From Bispira polyomma (taxonomy: Eukaryota): DNA of 64,000 nucleotides. The notes under the pieces were generated by a model. It was given only the letters and a program-made list of their open reading frames with translations, made no database searches and was not told where the DNA came from. The stretch covers positions 24,304,001-24,368,000 of the forward strand of contig OZ287761.1 in assembly GCA_965649765.1 (NCBI GenBank). Reading direction: 5' to 3'. Shown in pieces: positions 39,560-52,168 of this stretch (position 1 is its first letter; every line of letters starts with the position of its first letter). The position numbers and the translations under genes are program-made.

Positions 39560-41380
39560 CTTCAAAAAGCCAGTTTATATTGGAGTTTACTGTTTCGATG
39601 GAAGCTGCTGCTCTAACGAGTCATGTAAATGTCATCTGCTGTGATCTCAAGATTTATATGCATTCATCGGATACATGGTCCTAAAATTTTACTGATATCT
39701 TGTCTCAGTTTGATTACACACAGTTAATTGATGAGCCCACCCACATACATGACCACACCTTGGATGTTCTGTACATCAGTAAGTTCTCAACCACTATCAG
39801 TCCCCATGTTATTAGCGATCTATCAGATCACCTCGCAATAGTTCTCACTGTAGATTTCCTCAACAGAGTTCCATGTAACTACAGATATACAAAAATCAAA
39901 AAGCTTAACAAAATAAATCCCTAGGATTTTAAGACTAACATTCTGAACTCTAACCTCATAAAGTGCCTACATAAACTGCTAGTCTCCTCAGTCATCACTA
40001 CTTTAATACCCTCAGAGACCTACTTGACAGGCATGCACAAGCAAACAAAGATAAAATTCCTCAACAACCTTTAAGCCTTAAGTCTAAACCAGAATGAACC
40101 TGGCGCCAAGCATAAAGAGGAGCAGGCACCGAGCTGCGGTTAAACACTACAACCATATGCTGGAGCTCTCCAAACACAGCCGTTACACTAAGCTTGAAAA
40201 TGAAAACAAGGATAACCCAAAGGCTTTGTGGAATTCAATAAAGAAAATTACAAATATTCGATCTTTTACTTTTATGTTCTTCCATACTTTGTCAGAGGAA
40301 GAAATTCTTGAGCTTTTCCAATCCTCTCCAAATAAATCCTGTGATCTGGATCCAATCCCTACATCCTTGTTACAGGAATGTATCGACATCCTTATCATAC
40401 CCATTAGTAGTATCATAACTCTTTCACTCCAGGAAAGCATTTCCCCATTTTGCTTTAAAACCGCCTATGTTCCTCCACAGAAATATCCTTAAAAACTACA
40501 GAACTGTATCTAATTTAAGGTATGTCTTCAAACTTATTGAGAAACGACTTTATGGCCCACGAGGCACCACAAACACACATCAGTCAGCATACAGACGCAA
40601 TCAATTAACCAAAACCGCCCCGTTGAAAAGGATATATCAGCAGCTGTTGACAATGGTAAAGCAGTTGCACTCACACTGTTGGACCTGACTGCTTCCTTTG
40701 ATACCATCGACTATACTATCATTTTTAATTGTATGAATGATTGGTTTTGCATTGATGGCATTGTCTTTACTTGGATTTGGTCCTATTTACACCATAGAAA
40801 GCAAAAAAGTGGCGTACAACAATTGGCGCTAATTCCTAAGAAGTTTTCTCACTACCCACAAGGTTCTGTATTGGGAGCTCTTCTTTTCACCATGTACACC
40901 ACCCCCCTCAGTAAAATAATCTTTAAGTTTAACGTCACCCACCACCTGTATGCTGATGACACACAAATATACGCTAGATGCTAGAAATTTTTGCTGAAGC
41001 ATAGATGGAAAGTGTCAAGCTTAAACTCAACCAAAAAAATAACGAATTTATTTTTTTAGGTGAAAACTCTACTCGATACAGCTGCAAACCATTCTTTCTG
41101 ATCAGTCTACTAAACAACAATATGTCACCATCAAGTAAATTAAAAAACCTTTTTTGACCAAGATAACTATTTCAGTAGTGATGTCAACAGTGTCTGCCGG
41201 CCCTGCCACTACCATCTACTCGATCTGCACAGAATACGCAGGTACCTCAGTCTCGAAACTGCAGTCCTAGTGGCTAACGCAATGGTGAGCAGTCGGCTAG
41301 ACTATTGCAATTCCTTGCTGTATGGTTTAAATAAGGTCAACATAGCAAGGCTCCAAAGAGTTCAAAAAGCCCTCTGCCAT
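39560..41380 (+). mobile_element. Degraded L2/CR1-group LINE ORF2 (endonuclease + RT)
   Basis: PTH..HTLD, SDH, SCDLDPIPT, YRTVSNL, DLTASFDTID, PQGSVLG, YADDTQIY and SRLDYCNSLLYG across broken frames. Confidence 0.9.
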
Positions 41381-42150
41381 TTATACAATAATTCCTGTGT
41401 TCCTGCATAGGTCTTTTTGTTTTTAGGTTTTTATAGTTCCCCCAATGTAGCAGACAAATCTTGTACCAATTCTATTTAATTTTAATCTGTTGTATTTTTC
41501 TGTAAAATATATACAGCAATCCATATATATCAATTAGAAATCTCCCCATTAGTACAAATGTGCCTAAGTCTTAAAATATACTTCTTTTATAACTGTTGGT
41601 TTATGTATTGACTGGACAAGGATTGTTTTCTCCCTTAAACTATCAGGCTTACAAAAAATGTTGGTGTCAACTTAACTCTAGATTACTTTAGTAGTTTAAG
41701 TCTATGGTTCATGATTTCTTTTATGAAACATGGAGATCTACTTTATTGACATTTCGTTTTTTTTCAGTTTATATTTACTTTGTCTCATTGGCATGTCCTG
41801 TAATGTAGCTTCAAATACTTTTTTATGTCCATTGAAGTTAAGTGTATCGGGCGAGTGTTGTTCTTAAATAGTGTTATTCCTATAAATATACATATAAAAT
41901 ATATTGTAAAAATATATATATATTGCATACATGTGTGTATGTGTGTGTACATGTGTCAAGTTGCAACACCTTGTTCTAAAACATAGTGCATAACATGTTG
42001 GTTACAATACAAAAAAGTGTATTTTTAGTATTGAAAACTGATATCACTAGACCTAAAAGCAGTATATTATACCATACCCTGGTGTATTCTTTCGAACATG
42101 GGTAAAAAGTCAAGAATTTACATGATTTGAACAGTTTATTTGGATGCCTG

Positions 42151-42241
42151 GGCCCATATTTAGTAACAGACTTAAACCTACCACAAAAGTATACTAGATT
42201 TAGGCCTAAGATTCGCCTAAGTACATCAGTGAATACGGACC
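42151..42241. mobile_element. Short Harbinger-type MITE
   Basis: CTG|GGCCCATATT...GAATACGGACC|CTG; CWG TSD. Confidence 0.6.
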
Positions 42242-42384
42242 CTGGTGTCCTGATAGATGTGGTACACAGAGAATCTACTGTAAACCTTGAAATGTTAACT
42301 TTACTGAAATTTACAAGTTTGCCATTTTGGGACTTCTTGTGGAATGAATTTTTAGAGGCATGACAGATACATTGAAGTTAGAGG

Positions 42385-42762
42385 CATGGTGGAACCTGGT
42401 AGGGGCACTCTGTCTTACCACTGGCATAACGTAATAAGTCAATGGGGAAGGTAGAAGTGTCAACAAATGATACCAGAGAAGTGTCAGAGACCCTGTCTAT
42501 CATTTTATTTTTGCTCTTTAATCAAGTCTGGTGCTGGCAGGTTTACTAACTATGGGCATTATGTGGTTCTATATGGCTCTGGGACCTTGTAGGGGCACTC
42601 TGCCTTACTGTTGGTATACTACACTAAGTCAATGGTGAGGGTGGAAGTGTCAGCAAATGACGTCAGAGATTGTAGCTGTAATTTTCTTTTGCTGTTAAAT
42701 CGAGTCTGGTACTGGCAGGCTCACTATCTATGACTATCACATGGTTACATATGGCTCTAGGA
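42385..42762. repeat. Diverged ~190-bp tandem duplication
   Basis: GTAGGGGCACTCTG..AAGTCAATGG..GAAGTGTCA..AGTCTGGT..CTGGCAGG..ATATGGCTCT occurs twice. Confidence 0.8.
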
Positions 42763-43419
42763 CTAGATAAATCGATAACATCACTATGTCATAGCTTGCC
42801 ATTGTGATGTCACAATACACCGTAATGGCCGCTTTTAGAATGTTGGAAGTATAACACATACAATTATATATCTGTGTGTTTGTGTTTCACCAGTGATGCA
42901 CATTTGTTGTTAAGAGTATTTTAGCAGCGATTACAATGTCCACCCCTACTTAAAGACCTCTTTGAATCCTCCCGTCAGTTTTCCTGTGCAAATATAGGCT
43001 CTCTAGAAAGACACCACTCCTTTGACCAGAGACTGCCTAAATGATTCCCAACAGCAATATCTGATTTGTATGGAAGAGACTGCTTCAAAATAATGCAGGC
43101 TATCACAAGTTAATAACGCCAGAGTTATCAGTTAGTTACATTGATCCTTCTTTCTGATTGTATTAAGCACACAGTTTTTTATAAGAACAAGATCTACAAA
43201 ACAGGAGAGTATTAATTTTTTATCATTCATAAATAACCTTTTATGTTATGGTTCAGAGTGTCACTCACTCACACATCTGAGACACCACATTCAGCTGCAT
43301 AGAACAACCCCAGATGAGACTGTTTTGAAGCATTCCCATGAGCGGCCTCTATACACAAGTTATACTGTATATTGTATTCAGCGATAAGTCACTAGAGCTT
43401 ATATGTGCCACTATAACTA

Positions 43420-43732
43420 GACCGAATAATCTGTCCCTATTTAGCGAGATTCCTTGATGTTATTTTGCCGACGGACTTACAAAAAAATACATCCCCTCAT
43501 TCCTTATATATGATATAGTAGCCAATGTTCTGTTACCTCATGCCAAAATGGTACACATCAATTAATACAAAATAAAAACGAAATCACAATCATTGAAACA
43601 ACACTGTCGGCCATGTTATGTCAGGTTAAATTTACAACGTTTTCCTTTTGGAGGCCATTCTGTTCCTTTTTGTGAGTCTGTTGTCAAAATAACAGCAAAG
43701 AATCTCGCTAAATAGGGACAGATTATTCGGTC
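43420..43732. mobile_element. MITE with TA TSD (Tc1/mariner-like)
   Basis: Perfect ~33-bp TIR GACCGAATAATCTGTCCCTATTTAGCGAGATTC, flanked by TA. Confidence 0.8.
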
Positions 43733-45385
43733 TAATTATAATAAAAAAAATGAACTTAACCGTGGATCTTTAAATTGTGTAGATCAGATTGCCTTGATCA
43801 ATACTAGAATAGGTCATTCACATATGAGACACTTTTAATTTCTTTTGAAAGGTGATCACTAACAAGAAAAAAACAAGAGTTGTCTTTAAAAATGGCATTG
43901 GGGCACAGTATAACTGGCGCCCATAAGTTTGGCATAAATTGTATTTTAAAGAAGAGAGAAATCTACATCAGTAGGACTGAGATCCGCGTAATAATACAAA
44001 TCTGACACCGTTCACTTTCGCCAGGTCGATGGCTTCCAACCAGTCCATGATAGTGTTAAATATTTCCTTCCAGCATGGCCAAATAAAATCAATATCAGGC
44101 CGCGCCTGATAAAAATAAACACATTTAAATCCCAGCACTTTTTTATCTTTTAAATTGCACACAATACACCATACTTTAGAATGTTACAAACAATACCTGT
44201 GTCTAAAAATTTTGAATTTATAATTTTTTAGACAATGTATATATGCTATATCATATAAATCCAACCAAGCTGAAAATTGTGCATGCAATGATTTATGTAA
44301 AACAGGCAACTTTATTGCAACAGCATTGGCCTATTTTGGTACTGAGGGAAATTCCCACATCAAGTTTAAAAACAGGAAAACTGATATTTGTCACCAGGTG
44401 TAACATTTAAAAAATATATTATAATACAATAATCACGGCAAATTTTTGTATTATATTTCTGTTTTTGAAATATCAAATAGTACGTGCGCCCTGATGTTGT
44501 GGTAAAAATATGGTCTTTAAACATCTCATTCGCAGAAGATCATCTCGTTATTACAAGATCTAACTCATTATAACTGACCAATTGAGATAATTTTGTTCTC
44601 AATTTAAATTGTCATGTAGTATCAAGATCATATTGTGTTCACACAGGTTAATTTTCTCATAATAATGAGACCTATAAACAGATTATCTTGTCAAGGGAGT
44701 AGTAAGGATTTTTCGTCTGGTACTCCCAAATTAAGCCAATATATCAGGTTTTTTTTTTTGTCCTACCAAAAATTCAATTCGTGTGTGTGTGTGTGTGGGA
44801 AGGGAAGGGGGAAGGGGGAAGGGGGGGATGGGGGGTTGGAGGGTTGGGGAGTACCAAATAAAATTTTATTTGACATCAAGAATCTATGTTACTGATAAAA
44901 CAAACAGAATAAAAAGAAATTTAAATTAATTTTTTTTTTTTTAATTTTTTTTTTCAAATTTTTTGTTTTTATTTTTTTTTTCCCCCCCTTTCTTGTCATT
45001 AAATTGGTACGCCTGGGCGTACTGGCGTTAATGGTAGCTACGCCCCTGCTTGTGCTCACAGCTTTATTACCTTCTGTATAACAAAATTATCTGGTGGAAA
45101 CTATTAAATTATGAGCACCAGTTCATCTTGTCTCCACAAAATCAAAGGGGTTAAACAAATTTGTATGTCCTAAAAGGGGTTCCGTACCTATCTACTTGGG
45201 GGGAAGACATTTAGAATGAACAAACATGTTGGAAACTGTATCAGGTAAATTGTCGGTGGTTTACACAGTGACATCAGCACTGGTTTCCTCCAGCATTAAG
45301 CTGTTGAAGGCGATGTCAAACTCAACTAAATTCAACTAAAGTTCAAGCTAATCCCAGGGCCGCATTGACTAATATAATTAGCCAG

Positions 45386-45627
45386 GGCCCGTATTCTCGA
45401 ACGTATACTCAGCTTAAACTCATACTCAACTCAAATATAGGCCATGTGGAAATCATTGTACATGGAAATAACCTAGACTTGTGACCATTCATTTTAATAG
45501 AGCTTTTAACCCTGAATTCAAATATACAGTCAGATTTTAGATATATTTACCATATCTAGAGTTATAGAGAATCTAGATTTGAGTTGAGTATGAGTTTAAG
45601 CTGAGTATACGTTCGAGAATACCGGCC
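45386..45627. mobile_element. PIF/Harbinger MITE nested in an older related MITE (~45358-45704)
   Basis: ~51-bp TIR GGCC(C/G)GTATTCTCGAACGTATACTCAGCTTAAACTCATACTCAACTCAAAT. CAG TSD at 45383-45385 and 45628-45630. Confidence 0.9.
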
Positions 45628-45834
45628 CAGGTCTTAGCCTTAAATCTAGTGTAATTTTGTGTTACATCTAAGCCTTAAACTAGGTATGTCAGTGAACAGG
45701 GGCCTTGAAACCCCACTTTGACAGCCCAGTTCATTATACAATTGGCTAAACTGTCTGCAGTTTGTTACTGTCCTTTTGTTCACAAATTAAAATGTTTAAC
45801 ATTTAAACGAAAACAGGAAAACTAAATTTCCACA

Positions 45835-45836
<2 letters not shown>

Positions 45837-45882
<46 letters not shown>
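45837..45882. repeat. (TA)n microsatellite
   Basis: Seen directly. Confidence 0.98.
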
Positions 45883-45886
<4 letters not shown>

Positions 45887-46466
45887 GATGTACTTTGGCA
45901 GTTGTTTGAAAATTGACAAAATCACTAAAATGTGTAAATTGTAACATTCAAGATCGAAAAAAATTAACTGGCGGTTTCAAAGAAAACATGTCCATGGCAC
46001 GGAGTCAGTTTTGAAGTGGGTTTTCCTCAAGTTTTGAAGTAAGTTTCCGCTATGTTTTTTATATTATTTTTTAATCTGGTTTGTATACTACATAAGTGTT
46101 TACTGTGTAAACAATATCAGTGTGCCTACACACCTTTTGTGCTTAAGTATAATTCAGTATAATGCTTCCCTTTCAAGAAAGTAGTGCAAGCATTATGTCA
46201 TTGGAGTTACCCCATGAAGACATATATTTGTAAATCTGTCAGGTTTTATAAACTAATAGAAGTTGGGTACTGATATTTAGGTTTAATCTGGAATACTTTT
46301 CCCAGTTTGTATATTTTATGTGGACACTCGCATGAAATAAACAGATTTGGTGTGAATGCACACAGGATTCATGAAATAAGCTGTATTCTTCTGAACTGTT
46401 CCAACATCGTGATATTTCAATTGGTTTTCTAATCAGAAGCTACACGAGCAAGGGATTCGGGCAATT

Positions 46467-47451
46467 ATGCGTGGCAAAGAGTCAACCTTGTTTAACCTTT
46501 ACACAAAGTACAAAGGGAATACATCGAAACCAGAAACCAGAGAGAGCCTTCTGAAACTGGTACGGTCGCTCAAAGCAGAAATCACCAAGAAGAAAAGGCA
46601 GAAGCATTTTTTCAATGAAGAAGGGGAAACTCTACTCTGTAAGGCTATCATCGATGGCCATGCAACCCTCGCCCGTGACCTGATCGAACAGGAGGAGTTT
46701 GGAATCAATGAAGCGAGCAAGAATGGGATGTACCCCATCCACCATGCTGTACAGAGGAATAACAGCAGCCTGGTGCACATCTTACTCCAGTGTGATGCGG
46801 ATGTCAATGTTCAGGAAAACCAGCAGGGCAATACACCACTCCACATGGCACTGAACAAGGCGGTAGTGGAGGTTCGCATGGTACATCTTCTCGTCGTGAA
46901 GGGGTCTGACTTTGATGTCGAAAATAGGTACGGAGAGACAGCCTTCCAGCTGGCACAAAGATATGATGACACAGATCCGAAGGATAGAATCACGCAGATC
47001 TTCGAGAGGGCCCGACATCACCACCATCTAGCCAGTTCAGGGGGAACGGTGATTCACCGAAGGATAGATGAACTGAACAAGCGTACGATAAACATGGAGG
47101 AAGGTTACAGGGAGCTGGATGACCGGGTATTCAGGATGGAGAAAGAGCTTAAGGACCACAAGCAGGAGACCGCAGCACTGTTTGAAAAGACTGCCTTGCA
47201 AAATGACAGAACTTCGGAAAACATTGAGAAGATGTCACAAATGCTGTCTTCTCAAGGGATCTCCATATGTCACAGACAAGGAAGCTATGTCAATGAGCCG
47301 AGTTTGTATGGTGAAATCGATGAAGATGCAATGGCTGGTGCATCAGCGGAAGTTGTCCCACCTGTTTCGGGAACCTACGAAAGACCGGTAAGAAGACAGG
47401 GGAGAGATGACCAACACTACAATAGAATTGAAGATGAAGATTTGGCAGGTG
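46467..47451 (+). CDS. Ankyrin-repeat + coiled-coil protein, large first coding exon (downstream exon not in the window)
   Basis: Uninterrupted ORF with ~4 ankyrin repeats (GETLLCKA, YPIHHAV, GNTPLHMA, GETAFQLA), a coiled coil and a Tyr-motif tail. Phase-1 donor G|GTAAG at 47451/47452, at the same position as in the paralog at 34651. Confidence 0.88.
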
Positions 47452-47589
47452 GTAAGCATCTCTTTGTTTTTTATATCGATATTTATTATCCAATGTGACT
47501 GTGATTATGAAGATTATGAATTGTGGTTGGTACCGATCAGGTGATACAATAAACTGTATCGCTCATAAAAATGTATATAAAAAGTGTAG

Positions 47590-49217
47590 TTTTTTTTTTT
47601 TATTGTTTTTTTTTTGGTTATTGCAAACATAATACATACATGCAAGTGTGGTATAAAAGATGCACATCATCCCCCCAAAAAAACATAAATTTGTAACAAA
47701 AATATAAACTAATTGGATAATATGCACAATTTGCTGCCATTTCCTTGATTATAAATTACATTTACATAGTTATATAAAATACTGCCAAAATCATGTCTCT
47801 AGTTATAGCTTTCTTATAATATTTTTTAGTTTAATACAAAATTCTCTCTCAACTCTTTCAATGTTCTCAGGGCACAAAAGACTTCTTTCATACGACTCCA
47901 AATTTATCTTCACTAATCTTAAAACATTAATAAAGATTATTGTATTACTGTTAGTCCTTGTTATATTAATATACCATTTGCCTAACAATATAATCAGATT
48001 TTGTGTTTCATTAGTTAAACTTAATTGTTTATCCTTTACCTCAATTCCAAATAAAATTTCACAGACAGAATATTCGCAAAAGTTATTTATATTCATGACC
48101 TTATTGAACCACCTCTTTGTTTCACCCCAAAAGACTTTAGAATTTGTGCAGTAATATAGATGATGTTCAATAGTGTCAATTAATCCGCAGTAGTTGCATA
48201 ATGAGCTTTCTTTAATCTTCCACTAAATTATAATTACAGTTAAGAATTCTGTTTAGAATCTTGTATTGGAAAGATTGAAAATAAGGTTCTTTAATAAATA
48301 TATGTATTGACCCAAAAATTTTGTGCCATGGGGCTACTTCTAAAAAGGGGTACATATCTATCCATTTATCTATTACTGTTGGTGGTTGCAATTTATTATT
48401 GACCACTGCCCAATAGAGAATTTTGTTTTTGACCTTTGTAAGATCTGTAAGTGTGCCTTTGACAATTATTTTGGGAATTTTCCTTAAATCTGATCGAATA
48501 ATCGGTAAACATTTGATTTCATCTTTCCACTGTTGTGGTATCGCACTAACGATCTTGTTATAACTAAGAATGTCTATATTTATCTGAAATTTAATATCAA
48601 ATTCTTGTTTTGTTAATATTCGACCTTGATCAGATAATATGTCTTTCACCACCAGGTCTTCTGTAATGTTACTTGGTAGCTTCAATTTTTTTTTTTGGAG
48701 AGAGGTTGATTATCTGAACATATATATTTATTGTCCAAAATGTATTCATTATAGGTGTCTTCTATGGTGTTGGGCACTATACCATTAATTTCTTGCCAGC
48801 AATCAAACAGTTGTTTATGAAATGGTGTAAGACACTTATCTTTCATTATACTTGGAAGTTTTTTTATATTTTATGTTTCTCTATATTTAGTAAGTACCAT
48901 GTCATAGGATGTCATTTATTATTTATTCCCTAAGGAATTACTCATTAACTTTTTGATCCACCTTTTCCCTGAGGCCACATGAACAGCGAATATATCTGGC
49001 ATTTTAAGACCTCCCATAGAGTAGGTAGCAATTATAGTATTTCGTTTTATTTTTGCTTTTTTTCCATCCCATAAAATGTCAAACAACACTCGGTCTACTT
49101 TTTGTAGTATGTGTAAGGGGCAATAGCATACTAATAATAGTTAACTTATCTGCGGCAAGATTAAAGTTTTTACTATTAATATTTTACCTTTTAAAGACAG
49201 GTTCCGACTAGTCCATA
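47590..49217 (-). mobile_element. L1/Tx1-clade LINE 3' portion, interrupted by the Polinton
   Basis: WTSRNLSLKGKILIVKTL, FQYKILNRIL and a CxxC..H..C zf-RVT-like region, with a poly(A) tail at ~47590-47615. Confidence 0.85.
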
Positions 49218-50120
49218 AGTAGTAGCGTATTGCAGGATTTGAGGTACCCCCCGGAGGAGTCGTGCCACCCCCATGATCATGATAAGCCCCCCCGAAGATC
49301 TTATAAACCACCCCAATGAGTAGAATCGTGATGAGCCCCCCCCCGAAGATCTTATAAACCACCCCAAAGAGTAGAATCGTGTGCCAACATGCTGTTCACT
49401 CTAAAATAAACACCAGTAGAAGTTGAATGAGTACAAACAAGCACTCGAGTGCAGTCACTCTAAAATAAAGACCAGACAAAGTGGCCTTGTCTGATCTTAG
49501 AAGGATATACAACAGAATCATCTACCAAATAAACACCAGGTAAGTGGAGTAGCCTTGTCTGCAACTTTAAAAGGTAAATCACCACCAAGGGTGTAATCCA
49601 AGGGTTGCAATCCTTTTGAATAACCCCTACAGGCTGAATTGGTCTATTAAGGGGAAAAGATCTCAAAACAGATGGAAAATCAAAGATCAGTTAAAATTCC
49701 TTTATATTACAAGATTACATGTTAAGATCTCTTAAAACACTAAAACAACTTATGTTTACGAACACATTTATTTGATGTTCTACTACCCTTTAAATCTTTA
49801 TTAATAACTAACTTTTAAGTTTGGTATTTCTAAGTAAAACTACACTTAGAAATCTTAGATGTTCGAAAACACGATTAGATTTTTTTTTTGTATAAATACG
49901 AACACATTAAACACTTAACACATAATTATACAAATTGTTGTAGAAGTACGCTACAGAATAAACATTTTATTTTATTGGCTGGTTCTTAATTCTGAGGGAA
50001 TTATTTCATTGGTTGGATTTCCAATTGTTGTGTTTGTTAACAAGTTGTAGTTTATAAAAGAACCGGTTAGCTTAAATTATAAACATCTGAAATAGGAATT
50101 TATTACAAATTGTGAGATAG

Positions 50121-50180
50121 TTTGGATAAATTTTGTGTTTGGATAAATTTTGTGTTTGGATAAATTTTGTGTTTGGATAA
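50121..50180. repeat. 17-bp tandem repeat (TTTGGATAAATTTTGTG) x3.5, just upstream of the first Polinton gene
   Basis: Seen directly. Confidence 0.9.
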
Positions 50181-50201
50181 CAACACCTTTTACGAAAAGA
50201 A

Positions 50202-51922
50202 ATGGCTTCAATGTAAGTTATTTTGTTTAAATTTATTTAATAAATAAAATTAATTATTGTAATATTATAATTAGAAAATTTAATACTTGAAACTTTATGA
50301 AAATGCAACGCAATTATAATATATATTTATATACTACGCAATTATAATTTATTCACATCAATCAAATTGATAAATACTTAAGATTTTTGTTTATTTATTT
50401 TTTTTTTTTCTGTTTTTGTAATAGAAGTCAAACTTCTTATAAAGAATCTTGGAAAAGTAAATTTGAATAAAAGGTTCTTATAGTCACAAGATTTTATGTA
50501 TTTTGTCGAGTCACGGAAAAAACTAAAATGAATAAAAGCTGATCATATTTTAAAAATTAAACAAGATTTGTATATATATTTATTTATTCAGGAAGAGAAA
50601 AGCACTAACAGAAGAGAAAGAGTTATTGATTAGGAAGACAAAGAAAGCAAACAGGTAAATAACATTATACCCATTTTGTTATTTAGTAGAAATATGTGTA
50701 AATATAAGTACTAACAACACTATAAAATACAACATATAAATATTTTCACCAAACCCACTAATTAAACTGTGAAAAAATTGTAGTTAAATTTGAGTTTTAG
50801 AGCTTCTTGCTGTGAAAATTTTAGAAATATATATTATTTAATAATTTTACATAATTTTAAAGAAAAATAACTTTATTACTAAATTAATTTCCTAATTAGA
50901 AAACAAATTCTAAACTTTAATAGGTATTTTAACATATTTATAATATTTGTATCTTTCTTTTTACAGTTCCTTGTTCAATGACGACATGAGTGATGAAGTT
51001 CACAGCGAGCAGGAAGACGGTAAAGAGGATTCGGACCTAGAGTGGGTGGAATCCTACACACCCCTTAAAACCACCCAAAATCCTAAAAAGTCTAAACAAC
51101 CCTCAAAACCCTGAAAACCTAAAATTATTCTTGAATCCGGTCCCTCCAACGTGGTAACAGGCTATCAAGCTTTAGCCACAATGGCTCAGTCCATCCAACC
51201 TCCAGCATGCAGTGTTGTCAATAAACCTCTACAGAAACAGATGTCTACAACAACAAGAACAACAAATAACAATACAACCACAAAGTGAGTATATTTAACA
51301 TCTTAATTATGTGTAATTTTCTTTAATGATGAAATAAGTAATTCATATTTTTTTTGTGTGAGTATATTCATAATCATGTAGGAAGATAATTGAAAATAAT
51401 CTTTGTATTTTGGTCTTATTCCAATTATAGTTACACCTAATAAAGGAGGAAAGAAGTAAGTATATAAAATTTTGTGTTTTATTAACAACTAATCAATTTA
51501 GTTATATATTTTTTTGTTTTTTTCTTTTTGCTACAGTTATGCGTTTGTGGAAATCATCAATGATCACTTCACCATGAAAAAAGACACAGGCGACGGTGAA
51601 TACACGATCATGACAGAGTACAGACACAGTGGACTAAGGCTATACCCCGAACATTGTGAGGGTGTACTCAGGAATTTGGATGTGCTTGTACAAGCTGTAA
51701 ATAGAGCTAAACAAGACCGTCGTGTGAACCTTAGGGTTGATATAACTGACGACGGTCTTAAAGCCTGTGTAGATACCAACCATTCGTACATATCGTTTAG
51801 GAGGTTTGAGAAGTTGTTCAAAGGAGGGCATTACCCACTCCCAGGAAAAGGATTTGTAGTCCAAAAAAGATGAAATAGATGTTTTTGTACAAAACCTCAG
51901 AGACTTTTTAAACAAAATGTAG
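50202..51922 (+). pseudogene. Spliced Polinton gene with basic/acidic N-terminus and C-terminal PC4-like ssDNA-binding region
   Basis: Exons 50202-50212, 50592-50654, 50967-51284 and 51537-51922 are joined by phase-2 GT-AG introns. One in-frame TGA (~51112) and a +1 A slip (~51868). The pattern YISFRRF..PGKGFVV..EIDVF resembles PC4. Confidence 0.6.
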
Positions 51923-52168
51923 AAAAAACAAAAACAAAACGAACATTTCACAGGAGAAGTGTTTAAAGACTGTTAAATTCACAATATTGAGAAGAGATTC
52001 TTTAGATGGACTTTCTTTAATATAAAATTTAGAATAAAAGAGACTGTTTAAATATTAAGCTAAAAGTGGTTTGTTTAAAAGCTTTTAAATATACAAGTTG
52101 AGTATCCTTGTTATACTTAGAAATATCATTTTATAATGTATTTAACAAATAAATAAATATGAAGATAC

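Noticed and set aside
47452-47498. C-terminal KHLFVFYIDIYYPM of the ankyrin ORF
   Set aside because: Read-through into intron after a consensus donor conserved in the paralog.
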